A DNA stretch of 64,000 nt from Blepharisma stoltei ATCC 30299. Its lineage: Eukaryota > Protista > Ciliophora. This document shows positions 13,920-25,851 of this stretch, piece after piece. The notes beneath the pieces are model-generated. The model did no database searches. It was not told where the DNA came from and was given only the letters and a program-made list of their open reading frames with translations. Made by a program: the position numbers and the translations under genes. The stretch spans positions 434,001 to 498,000 of the forward strand of contig CBFDEM010000037.1 of assembly GCA_965603825.1 (NCBI GenBank), in the 5' to 3' direction. Positions within the stretch are counted from its first letter, which is position 1, and the number at the start of each line of letters is the position of its first letter.

Positions 13920-16900
13920 TTAATCAAGATCCAGTCAAAATGCATTTATCTTCGATTTTATTGCTTGAATTGGTATTTCTTTATGAAAAGTAAAGTTATA
14001 TAGTTCAGGCTTATACCCTTCAATCAAGCTTTTAACAGCTTCACTTACAAGTATTTTCCCACCTGCCCCATTGCTTTCAATTTTATTTGCTATAAGTACG
14101 TCTTTTCCATATATATCATATCGAACTATATTAGTTCCAGCAATTCCTCCTATAATATTTCCTGTATGTATCCCAATCCTCATATTCAGTTTTGAATTAT
14201 TAATTGCATTCACTTTTTCAATTATTTCTACCATAGACTCTGCAAATCTTATGACCTTTAAACACTCTTCTCCTGGGTTTCTTTCTATGTCTCCATTAAA
14301 TCCCATAGCTACATAGCAATCTCCTATGGTGTGAACTTTATAGACTTTATGCTCCACACATTTCATGTCAAACTTGCTAAAAAGCTCATAAAGCATCCCA
14401 ACAATGTTATCTGGGGTTCTCTGTGATGATCATTCTGTAAAACCTACAATATCTGCATACAATAAGGTGACTTGGCTTAAAGAATCAGTGGTGGTGGTCT
14501 CTTCTTTTAAATTATTATAGACATGAGGCGGCATCATTTGCTTTAGCAAGCTCTCTGTTTTTTCAAGCTCTTTTTTAGCAAAATCTTCTAACGCATAATT
14601 AAACCTCATCGTTTTTTCAGTAAAATAAGAAATTGATAGCATAGCGAACTCAAATGATATAATGGATATCAAATATATATATTTATTAGCAGAACCACCA
14701 ATGAGCATTTGGTCAAGAGCTATAAAAATTGTAGCTAGAATTGTTGTGCTTATAATGTTTTTGAAAAATGAACAGATGCATTGAGAAGATAATAAAGTGC
14801 AATATAACAGATACGAAACTTCTACAATTTCAACTTCATCTTTTCGATTTAATCTCATTATAAGAACTAAAATTATTGGAGTCAAGTAGCCAACTTGCAT
14901 AATTCATGAAATGTACTTTGATTTGTAAATCCTTGCAAATATCCTTCAAAGTGAAATGTACCAAATAAGAACTGATGTAAAATAAATCGCTGAAATGATA
15001 TTATAGTTGCTATTATCTGACAGCTGGATAAGAATGAATTTCATAATTCCTAACAATAAGCTGCATATAAAGGCTGTTAAAATTCTGATTTTTAGCATTC
15101 ATCGGCTGTGCTCTATTATGTGAATCCTCAGGCATCTTTCTTTATTAGATTCGCGACATGAAAAAGGATGAAATTTTATAGGGTCAATTTTGTCAGTATT
15201 TCTTCTTTTATATAGGAGAGATTGGTCATAAACTCCAAGAGTTGTCATAATGGACTGCTTTCGGGCCTCTGAAGTAAATAATGAGTTTCTTTTTTCGACT
15301 GAATTTAAAGTTGATTGCCTTCCTGCTGATGGAATGACAATTGAATTTCTCTTTCCGTCAGCTGGAGTTAATGTTGGCATTTTTTTGGCGTCAGGAGATA
15401 ATGCAATTGATTTCCTCCTAACCCCTGTGACAGTTGCGTGCCTCCTTCTAGGCTCCTTTCCAGTTGCAACTGATGGTCTTCTTTCAGGGCTTCATGCATG
15501 CTCTACCATAGTTCTTTTTCTAACAGAATGCATTGAGTTTGTCATTACAAAATCAGGATCACCAAAGCTAAATAAAGGCAAATCATTTAATTCGCTTTCT
15601 CTTACTGTATATGCAGTAATGAAACCTTTCCCTTTTGCTTCAACCTGGCGTTTTGCAAATGCAAAATCATCTTTTTCTTCTATACTATTATAGGTTTCTT
15701 CAGAAATTTGTATTGTATTTGGATCTTGGTTAGTTGAAGACATTCTGCTTGCAGTATTAACAGTGTCTCCAACAAGCGAAAACTGAGGCTTATGAAACCC
15801 CACAACTCCTGCCGTTACAGGCCCACTGTGGATGCCAACTTTCACTTGTAAAGACCCTCCACTTTTTAATTTGATTTTTTCAGCTGCTTTAATCATCGCC
15901 AAACCCATTTCCACAGCTCTTCTTGCATGAGGGACAGATTGGATTATTCAATCCAGTTCAGCTTCGCTGTCTTTAATGCCAGCGCAGGCCATATAAGTTT
16001 TTCCTACAGTTTCCACCTTAGTAACCCCTATTATCTCACAAAGGTTATCAAATTGCCTATAAACATTGTCTAAAAATGCAGTAAGCTCATATAAAGGATA
16101 AGCATCCACTATATCTTCAAAGTTGTGGATATCGCAAAATAGCACAGTAGCTGTTCCTTGATCGTCAGCGATATATCTTGCGCCATCTTTAACCCTTTTT
16201 CTAACAAAATCAGGCAAGACGCAGTCTAAAACTTGTTTGGATTTTTCTACTTCATTTTCTACTTTTTTTAATAGGATGAATTTTTCTCTGTTATACCTTT
16301 CAACTGAATAGCCAATTATAGCTGAAGAAATTCATATTGCGGAATAAATTATTGTAAATTCTGTTCCTGATATGAAAGCTTCAGTAGATGTAAGGCCATC
16401 CAGATTAGAAGTGTGGATGTAAGCAGAAATACATATGAATACTGAGGCTGATAAGGATGAAAATATGGTTGTGGTCCAATCTGTGCAGGAACCAATAAAA
16501 ATTACAGAAGGCCAGCTTAGATATATGGTGGGAATTTGGAAGCCTAGAACAAATGAGTGAATTATAATCATAATGATATCACAAAGATTCATTAATAATG
16601 TGATTGTTTTTCTTTGATATTTAAAATGAGAAATAAAAGAAAATGCAACAAATCCTGCATAAATAAATGCAGTCACAGTAAAAAATGGACCTAGAGTTGT
16701 ATCATCAATTTCATCCGACCATACGTAGATGAAAATAGATAAAATTACAATAAACCGGTACATAATGAATGCTCGATAAATAATCAATGTTTCTTCAATT
16801 TTTTCATTTTGATAGTCTTTTTCAGTAGACTCATCCCAAAATCTCAAAATTCACTTGTTTATTGTAAATTCCTTTTTAATCTTGGTATTTCTTAATTTTT

Positions 16901-19900
16901 TGCTTTCTTTGTAGACTTTGTCAAGTCTTCCATTAAATAAATCTACTCTGGATTTTGCTTCAAAAAACAATTTTCCATTAAACTTACTTCTAATAAAATC
17001 AATGAATCCTGGGTAAAACATTATTTCATAGCATTTTGTTGCATAATTTACTATTAGACAGATCAGTGGAATAAAGAAAAACTGGCAAAAAAGCAATGGA
17101 GAAGTGTTAGTCATTTCTAAATTTCCAAACATATGAGAACTCGGTACTTCTGACATTATTTCTAGATATACTATTAGCGAGATAATAGAAATGATATATC
17201 CAATAATGCTAATAAAGCTGTAAGAGTAAGTTTCCAGTATCAAATATGCAAGAAATGAGCCGTATAGTGATATATGCATTACCAATGACATATATGCACC
17301 ATTTTCAGTGTATCCATCGTTATTTAATATTCCACAATAAAGCACCATATAAAAAATCAGCAATGATTGGATAAGAGCTTTTATAGAAATAAGAATCAGC
17401 TTTTTACTTGTAAGAATAAGCTTATGTAGTCCAACATTATGAATTTCAGGAAATTTTGCAATTTGATGGCCTTCTACATCTTCATCAAAAATTCCAATTA
17501 TAATTAAGGGAATTGCCGTTAAAAATCCGTAATAATATCATGTCATCCCAATGCTAAATATTGCGTTTCCGCCAGCCACTTTCACAAAAGTATAGAAAAA
17601 TATGATATAAGTATGCATAAAGCTTGAAAATAAATATATCAAAATAACATTCGAAATCTTTACATAATTTCAATGCCCTTCAAACAAAATCAGATCTTTT
17701 ATTTGCGAAAAGTCCTTAACCGCAATATCTCCTGCATCCGCAGCAAATCCTCATTTTTTACCTTCAATCCCTATTCCAACATGACCTTTTTTAATCATCC
17801 CCACATCGCCTGCGCCATCTCCAATTGTCAAAAAAGTAGGTTTATATGAAAAATTATTTTTCAATAACGAGGCGATTTGTCTTTTATGCCCTGGTAAAAG
17901 TGAATGGAAACAAACGCAATTGGCAGCACTTAGTAAAGCGCAAAATAATTTTCTGTTTTCTTCTGAGCCAAGTTCATGAGTGATACTTCGCGCATCAACA
18001 GATAATACAAAAAAGACAGATTCAGGGTTAAAAGTCATCTTTAGAGGTGAAGATAAATTTATAGTAGTCAGCTGAGCTAAAAATGGATGAATATTATTGA
18101 CTGCTGATTTTTCTCTTCCTATATTCTTTTTTTCTATAATCCCAGATAGCTTTGGGGTTCAATTTTGGTCAATTTCTGATAGATTCGGGACACTTAAAAG
18201 CTTTTGAGAAGAGTGCAAGGGAGCTTTTCCGAATTCTTTTGGAATTGATAAGGGGTTTATATCAGTCATATCTTCACCTACATGCAAAATAAATCTTTTT
18301 ACATGCTCAATCATATCCATATGGCATTCTAAATGCGAAGAATAAGACGCTAATCTTGCTATACTAGCATTTAGATCAAACATATTCGCAGAAATCGCAG
18401 TTGTAAGTGTGATTTCTTCATCATCACCGCTCATAAGCCAAAATTTTATTCCAGCTTGAGTTAAAAGTGATACAGCATTTTTTGTTTTTTTAGAAATTTT
18501 ATCTTCTATTGTAATGCAGCCCAGAAATTTTAACTTTTGCTCCAATGACTCAAAAATGCTTTCAATCCTTCCTTCGCTATTAACTGGTGATCTTTTAGCA
18601 TTTTTATAAGCAAAACTGAAGTACTTAATCTCTTTTTCAGTCAAAACTTTATAGCCCATAAATATCAATCTTTTTCCTAAAAGATTAAAGGTGTATAGGT
18701 TTTCTTCAATGTTAAGCTTGTCTTCATTCGATAAATCAAATAATTCATTCATAGATTCTTTTGTACCTTTTACATATAAAATAGTTTCTTTAGTGCTTTC
18801 ATCAAAAACGATAATTCGGTTTTTCTTGTTTTTTGCTGAGAATGGTCGATATGCAATTATATCTAATACTTTTATATTCCCTAGAATATTAACGAGGCAT
18901 TCTTTATGTGTTCTGCTTACTAATTGAATTCCTAATTGTCCCGCGGTTTCTACAAGAGTTCTATCATCTGCAGATATCGATATGCATTTTCTAGAAATTT
19001 TTGGGAAAAATTGATTGCAAATTGCCATGCACATAATAAAATTGTAAACATCTCCTCTCCTGTTTTGAGAGCCAATCAATTCATTTTTTAAAGTATAAAA
19101 TGATAAATTTTCATTTGATATCCTACGATTTGCGCTATCAATAAGGAAATTCCCTGTATGAAACGGCGATGTATCTGTTTTTTGATCTGGCAATTGAGTT
19201 TTTGTGTTAATGTAAACTGCGTCATTAACCATGCATGATGATATCATCAATTTATTTTTTGTAATAGTTCCAGAGCGGTCTGTTAAAATATATTCAACTT
19301 GGCCAAGCTCGTCAAGAGCTTTACTTGAGTGAAAAGTAACGCCAGGATAGGTTTTTGAGAGTCTCCAGATTTGGATAAACCGAATGATAGGCAAAATCAC
19401 ATATAAAAATATATGGACATGCCTGTTTAAAACAAAAGTCGTTGTTAGAAACAAAGATCGAGAATTATCATCGTACTTTGTGCCATATATAAGTAAATTA
19501 ACTAAAAAGGATGCGATGACAAAACAAAAATATATGGAGCCGATCCACAAAACCCATATATTCAGTTGCTTTTCTATAGTAGAAATTCTATATTTTTCTC
19601 TTAATGATACTGATACAGAAGTTTCATTCCCTGTGTATATTACAACTCCTAAAATTCATGAAGTCTCAATTATATAAGATCACTGCTGAATAAAATTCTC
19701 AGAGCTAATTTCTGTGTGATCTGGGTTTATACTCATCTTAAAAGTTCCTTTTATATCTTTGGATGAAGAATCGGGGATTTTTATTTTTCCATTTATGCGG
19801 CCTAAAATTGTTGACGCTTCATCAATATCAATAGTATCAAATAGCCTTTGTACATCTTTTATCGGCTTCTTTACTTTAATATCTGTGCCTCCAATAAACC

Positions 19901-20408
19901 CAGACTTTTCAACGTAGCACTCTTTCTCATTTTCTCCAATGCAAATAATAAGAATATCTGCTGGTGCATAATCGTTCTCATTCAGTAAAATTATATCTCC
20001 TACACAAATATTTTCACTTTTTGTCTGTCTAAATTGTAGCCCATCTCATATTTCAAATATTTTTTCATTTACTTTCTTATCATTTTTATGATTTCTTATA
20101 TCTCTATAAGCATCAAACATAAAAGTAAATATTAAAAGAAGAGCTATAGGCAGTATTGATGTTCAGTCATAAGAATTGGGATTTTCAATTAATTGTGAAA
20201 TTGGGTCTATTAGATATCAGTAATAAGCGTAATTTCGAAATTGGTCACGGATATTTTTTGGGAAGAAATTCAGGAATGTATATCGATACGTTGTTATTTG
20301 GTTTTTTTGGTAACCTTTATTTGGATTTTTGGAGTTTCCAAGGAGATGGATGTATCTTCAGTTTTCGTTTTTCTTTTTATCTGGATCTAGATTTGAACTC
20401 AATGACAT
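13920..20408 (-). CDS. P4-ATPase-like/guanylyl cyclase fusion, copy 3 (~2162 aa)
   Basis: ATG at 20408 (MSLSSNLDPDKKKNEN-W-RYIHL). Single frame with TGA=W; ends ...NAF-W-LDLD-TAA at 13920; 6489 nt. Motifs TDRSGT, MSGDD, TIGDGAGD and the same two cyclase domains. Confidence 0.92.
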
Positions 20409-20904
20409 TGATATTATAGATTAAAGCCAAATATTTATATTCGTGATTTTGAGATATGGAAACTCCCATATGCTAACTTATTTATAAAAAGGATGAAAAT
20501 AAATTCAGCATGTGATATATTTTAGAAAATATAGAAGAGTTAGGAGCTAATCATAATTTTTAACGATATTGGATGAAGAAAAATATTTTTTCTCTTTAAG
20601 TTATATAAGACATGATGCATGTTTTTATGTTTTTAAAATAAGTATTTTTGATATGGCTTTAGGCAATTTGCAATTTTTAGAGAATGATGTTTATATTCAT
20701 AATCTGCTTATGTGAGAGTAACGCATTTGGCCGAATTACGAGTATATTATTTTTCGTCATAAAAAAAAAGCATTAGGTTTACCAATAATATTACGCATTT
20801 TTATCTGATTTAGGTCATATGATAGATTCAAATTAAGCTTTAAATATATATACGAAAATCTTGTTTGAAATAATTATTTTAATTTTATTATATTGAAGAG
20901 CAGC

Positions 20905-21759
20905 CTAAATCCTCCACCTCACATCTCCTGTCCCATTCAATTGTCTCTTCAAATTCTTCGGATCAGCCCAAGCAGAATTTAAATACTCATCTTCATCTAC
21001 CGACATTAGCTTTTTCGCTTCTTCCTGCTTTTTATGATAAAATGCAATCATATTTTTCTGAGTCTCTGCACCCACAACAGGCTCCCTCGCGCTCCCTGCC
21101 CTTGCTTTTGTATTTTCGCGATGATTTTTGTATTTTCACTGGTTCGTTCACGGAGCGGGGTGAGTAAATCTTTTCCTCTCATCATTTCTTTTCCAGCAAA
21201 CCAAAGTGATGAGTTTCTGCTTCAAAAATATCTTCACCTTGTGCAAGTTCTTTAATATCAGGACTTTCGAGTACCAACATTGCAGGCTCCCATGGTAGAA
21301 GTCCATGATAAGCTGGATAGGCCATCATTACAGCGCCTTTCATTAAGTCTAAAGCTTCTAGTAGCTGATTCCTTGTCAGTGGAATTCTCCTTTCAGCGTT
21401 CATTTTGTGAATTAGTCTTTGGAGGCCTGAGCTGTTTCGAAAATTCTGATTCCAAGGTCTTCTGGAACGCACCAGCCAGTTCGATAATGGGTTTCGTCAA
21501 CACAGAATCTGTGTCCAGGCAGGTCTGGCTCTGTGGAGTTTTCGCCTTTGCTAGACCTCTAGTTTCTTCAGGTTTAAGTGGACCCGCTTTGACGAGTTCT
21601 TCAATGAAATGCGAAGCTCGATCTACTTTTACTCTTAAGTTGTTAACCTGATGGTCTCTGACTTTCTACGATATCTTGAATGAGCTGGGCAATAGGAGTA
21701 GCTCTGGTAGCTTCATGGATAAATTGGTTGAGATCAGTTTTCTTAATATGAATGACCAT
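20905..21759 (-). pseudogene. CFAP298: CFAP298 (C21orf59/FBB18) homolog with multiple frameshifts (pseudogene or assembly errors)
   Basis: Family motifs fall in different frames: MVIHIKKTDLNQF; NNLRVK...GPLKPEETRGL; HYRTG; GAVMMAYPAYHGL.PWEP; LWFAGKEM; REPVV...QKNMIAFYHKKQEE...YLNSAWADPKNLKRQLNG. Frame changes near 21650, 21545, 21420, 21213 and 21090. Confidence 0.8.
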
Positions 21760-22030
21760 TTTAATTATAAAGAGCGATTATAGCTTTTAGAGCTATCAAA
21801 ATTCACTTAAATTGAAAGATTCCAGTTTTGATCTTGAAAACCAACTATATATTGACAAGATTTGCCAAAAATATAATTCTAAACTTTTGGCGGTCTTAAA
21901 GCTTATTAAAGCATTTGAAGCTAGAAAATCGCTTTCAATTAATGGAATATAAAGAAAAATAATGTTTCCTTATCACATAGAAATTATTTTACATCTAAAA
22001 GAGAAACCCAACTATTTATCTTGAGTTACA

Positions 22031-22254
22031 CTACTGATTAAAGCTAAGCCAAGGATGCAGAAGTGCATCTCTTGAAGTAATTCGTTCTTTTGGATTTAAC
22101 CTCAAGCAAGCTTAATAAATTCTTTCAATCCAGTCCCTTCAGACTTTCGCCAATGCCTATTATGAAAAGGAATAGGTTTTCCTGGTGACCATTTCATTGC
22201 ATGAGGTGTATATCCAACTGCCAAATTATGCAGAAGTAAACCTAAACTTCATAT
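22031..22254 (-). pseudogene. Ser/Thr protein kinase C-terminal fragment (subdomains IX-XI), truncated and frameshifted
   Basis: Reads I(W=TGA)SLGLLLHNLAVGYTPH...IPF...W...GLKEFI, then after a 1-nt shift ACLRLNPKERITSRDALLHPWLSFNQ-TAG. No upstream kinase sequence is present. Not in the ORF track. Confidence 0.75.
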
Positions 22255-22316
22255 AATTTAGTTTATTCCTCTCAATTGCTAACATTGATTAATGAGCATT
22301 AAGTGTTTATGATGCC

Positions 22317-23765
22317 ATGAAATTCTTTGATAAAATGCAAGCTCTTGAAAATGAAGAATTCATAAAGAATGATAACAACCTTTCCAATTCCTTAGAAGAA
22401 CTCTCCTCGTTCAGAGAACTAATTAAATCCGATCCACAATTTATTAATCTTCGTGACAGCCGTCTCGGTTCCACTCCTCTTATTTCCTCAGTGATCTCGA
22501 ATAACTTTAAAAAAATAGAATTTCTCTTGCTTTCTGGAGCAAACCCAAATATCCCAAATGACTTGGGAGAAACCCCTCTGCATATAGCCGCTGATAATTT
22601 CGACTATCAAACTGCAAAAATTTTATTAAAATATAGTGCAGACCCTAAAATCGCAAATCTGGAAGGCGAAACACCACTACACAATGCAACATATAGAGGA
22701 GACGACAAAATTGTTAATCTTTTGCTACAAAATGATGCAGATCCGAATTCCTTGACTACTCAGCTGGGTCAGTCTCCATTACATATAGCGGCATCAAACG
22801 GCCATTTAGAGATTATTAAGCTTCTTCTTTCACATGGTGCTGATCCAGATATAAAGGACAAACAAGGAGATTCTGCGCTGAATTTAGCTAAAAATAAAAA
22901 AATCAAACAAATTTTGCAAGACTGGAGTGAAGAAGTGAAATATGACGCAAATACAGGGCTTTGAGAAATAAGAGAAGCCAGACCAAGTGAAGAAGATATA
23001 TCAAGTAGACTCTCATTACAGCTGCAGTCATCAATTTCTTCAGCTGTTATGAGTCCTACTGAAAAAGTCCAGTCAACTTCTTTATCTCCCTTTGATAAGC
23101 ATCTTAAATCATGTGGGACAGCTGATACAACATTAAGAATGAATCAAGGGTCAACATCACTACCAGGAAGTCATGAAATTTCAATTAATGCAAAAGATAA
23201 CGACAAACTTTACCAATTTTTAACAAACATTAAGCTCGATATTTATTTTCCAAACTTAGTAAATGCTGGTTTTGATGATTTTGAAAGCTTGATTTCTCAA
23301 ATGAATACTCCTTTGCCAATAACGGCAGATATGCTTGATAGAACAGGAATAACGAAGCCTGGCCACCAGAAAAGAATCCTTATTATGATTGAAAAAGTCA
23401 AAAACTCCCCTGACGATTTTTTTAATAATTGGAATGTTGATGAAAACGTTTTAACTGAATCCATTTGATGGAAATGCTGCATATTTCAGCAAACAGAAAG
23501 GGCTAATTTATCACTAAAAGATATGCTAGAGTCTTTGAACCTAAGCTTTTTACTTGAAAATTTTTATGAAGTTGGATATGAGGAATTAGAATTTTTGGTT
23601 GAGCAGATGAGCTCAGAGCTTGTGATTACTGACAAATTATTAAAAGAAGAAATAGGTATCAAAGAGCCTAAGCATAGAAAAGTTATTTTAAAAAAGCTTA
23701 AAAATATAAGTAAGCAAACAAAGAAGAGTCATCTACAAGCTTCAATCAATTGCTGTGTGTTTTAA
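22317..23765 (+). CDS. Ankyrin-repeat + tandem SAM domain protein with C-terminal CaaX (~482 aa)
   Basis: Three track ORFs join in frame through TGA at 22962 and 23466. Four to five ANK repeats (GETPLHIAA), two SAM-like domains (GITKPGHQKRIL; IGIKEPKHRKVIL), ends CCVF-TAA. Confidence 0.85.
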
Positions 23766-24155
23766 TTAATGCTAATTTTAATAGGCTGAGTTTTTTAAGT
23801 TTCTTATAAAAATGGCATTAGTTCATGTAGCAAGGCATTGAGATAGATAAACTAGCACATACATCACTGTTTACTAGCAAAGATTGACGGAAATTGATAT
23901 AGGTTCATAAAATAACTTCTAGGTGCAAAAATAATTTTTAAGCCTTGATGCAAAATTTTAGTAATAAATTGGTTGATTTATGTGAAATCAACAGGGCCAA
24001 GTCCGAAAAGGTTATTCCAAAAGTTCAAGCAGTAGCATTAAACTATTTTTTTATAAGAATTTTTAATTAATTCAGCTACATAGAGCAATCAGAAGCTTAT
24101 CTATTTTATTTAAGCACATATAGATAATTTCTGGTGTCCTTTATTGTTAATTTTA

Positions 24156-25586
24156 ATGACCACTAGAAGTGTGAATGTGATAGTTGAGGATTTTTTGAAT
24201 CAAATAGGCTGAGGAAAGTATCAAAATATCATGGCATTGCAATGCGGACTTGTAAAGATAATTTAGGCATGAACGACGACTCAAATGTGAGAAGTTTTAA
24301 TTGGCCTCCTTTTGGGCTTAGTTGCAGACGACTGAAACTTAAGCATTCAAATGGAAGGCTATTTAGCTACATCAATGCAACTAGGAATCATGATGGGTTC
24401 TTATATATGGTGTTATCTCAGCGACAGATTTGGGAGAATGTTTTCTTTCAAGAAAAGTGCAGTTTTACTAACTCTTACAAGTTTTTTATTGATATTTTCT
24501 CCTGAATATTATTCCTTTCTCGTTTTCCTCTTTTTTATGGGATTTTCTATTGGTGGTGAATTGACTGTAGGAGGGGCAGTATTTTCAGAGTTTTGCCCAC
24601 CTAAAGATATCAATAAATTAGCAAGTCTATCATTTACTTGGGGAGTTGGAGGAGTATTTGCTGCTTTAATTGGAATATTTTGCACTGAACAGAATTTTCT
24701 TCCAATTACTTCATGAAGAATTATGATAGCAATTGCATTTTTATATGAATTTTGCATAATGTGTTTTAGATTCAAAATGGACGAAACACCATTTTATTTG
24801 GGTTGCTCTGGAAATATAGACAAGGCTGAAAAAATAATAGAGAAAATTGCGAAGACTAATAACTATAATTTACAAAAGCCGCTAGTTTTACAAACTCATA
24901 TAGAGTATGGAGAAAATAACAAAAAGAGTATTTTGGGTTTATTAAAATTATTATTTTCTGAAAAATACACAAAAAATAGCATCTTTTTTGCCTTTATTTA
25001 CTTTTTTCTTGCTAGTGGATATACAAATATGCTATACTTTATGCCTTTATTCTTAGATGGGTATTCTTTAACCGAAAGATATTTAATTATCATGCTTCAA
25101 CAAATGTGCGCAATACCTGGGACTATTGTTTCATCTTATTTATGCAAATCAAGCTTAGGAAGTAAGCATACCCTATCAATTGGGATCTTATTTTCGGCTA
25201 TATTTTGCATTTTATTTTATATGGCTAATGAATTTGCTACAGTAAAATTTATTTAGATTTTAACTTTTACTTCTCTGTTGATTTTGGTAATTATGCTTGC
25301 ATATGGCACTCTTTATATGATTACTCCCGAGTCTTATCCAATAGAAATAAAAAGCACAGGCTGCGGATGGTCTAATGCATGTGGAAGAACGGGAGGATTG
25401 TTAACTCCTATTGCTACTGGGTGGCTCTTGAGCATGAATAATGGCAAACCAATAGTTTTGGCTTTATGTTCCCTGTATTTTTTGATTTCTGGCATTAGTT
25501 CATTTTTTATTCAAGAATCAAAAATGCTAAATAAAGGAAGTCTATTTATTTATGAAAAAATTGATATTTCAATGCAGCCAAATTAA
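24156..25586 (+). CDS. MFS transporter, SV2/SVOP-like (2 introns)
   Basis: ATG 24156. IG(W)GKYQ N-terminus, LSDRFGR motif A, GFSIGG, FSEFCP, DETP, ITPESYPIEIKSTGCG...GRTGG. Needs the 15-nt introns at 24252-24266 and 25242-25256 and TGA=W. Confidence 0.88.
24252..24266 (+). other. 15-nt spliceosomal intron
   Basis: gtaaagataatttag. Contains an in-frame TAG; removal restores the MFS ORF; A at -6. Confidence 0.9.
25242..25256 (+). other. 15-nt spliceosomal intron
   Basis: gtaaaatttatttag. In-frame TAG; removal joins the last MFS exon; A at -6. Confidence 0.9.
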
Positions 25587-25851
25587 ATAGTAAAATATTC
25601 TAAAATTATTTTCATATAAATTTTATAAAGAGTAATTTTTGTTGCTATAAAAATTAATTTTGTTCCAAGATTTTTTTTGAAGTCTTTATGTTTCCCAGTA
25701 TTTTTCGGCAATAACTATAATAAAAATTCTAAATATTTAGAATAAGTCTCAAAATCATCATCAAATGCAATTTTTATATAATTATGCGTGCACTTTTATG
25801 AAATTTATAATTATAAAGCTAAATAACGTCTTAAATTTTAATAAATAAACC

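Noticed and set aside
617-20408. Reading the many short cyclase and ATPase ORFs as separate genes or pseudogene fragments
   Set aside because: Within each copy all fragments share one frame and are separated only by TGA, often at positions where a paralog has TGG.
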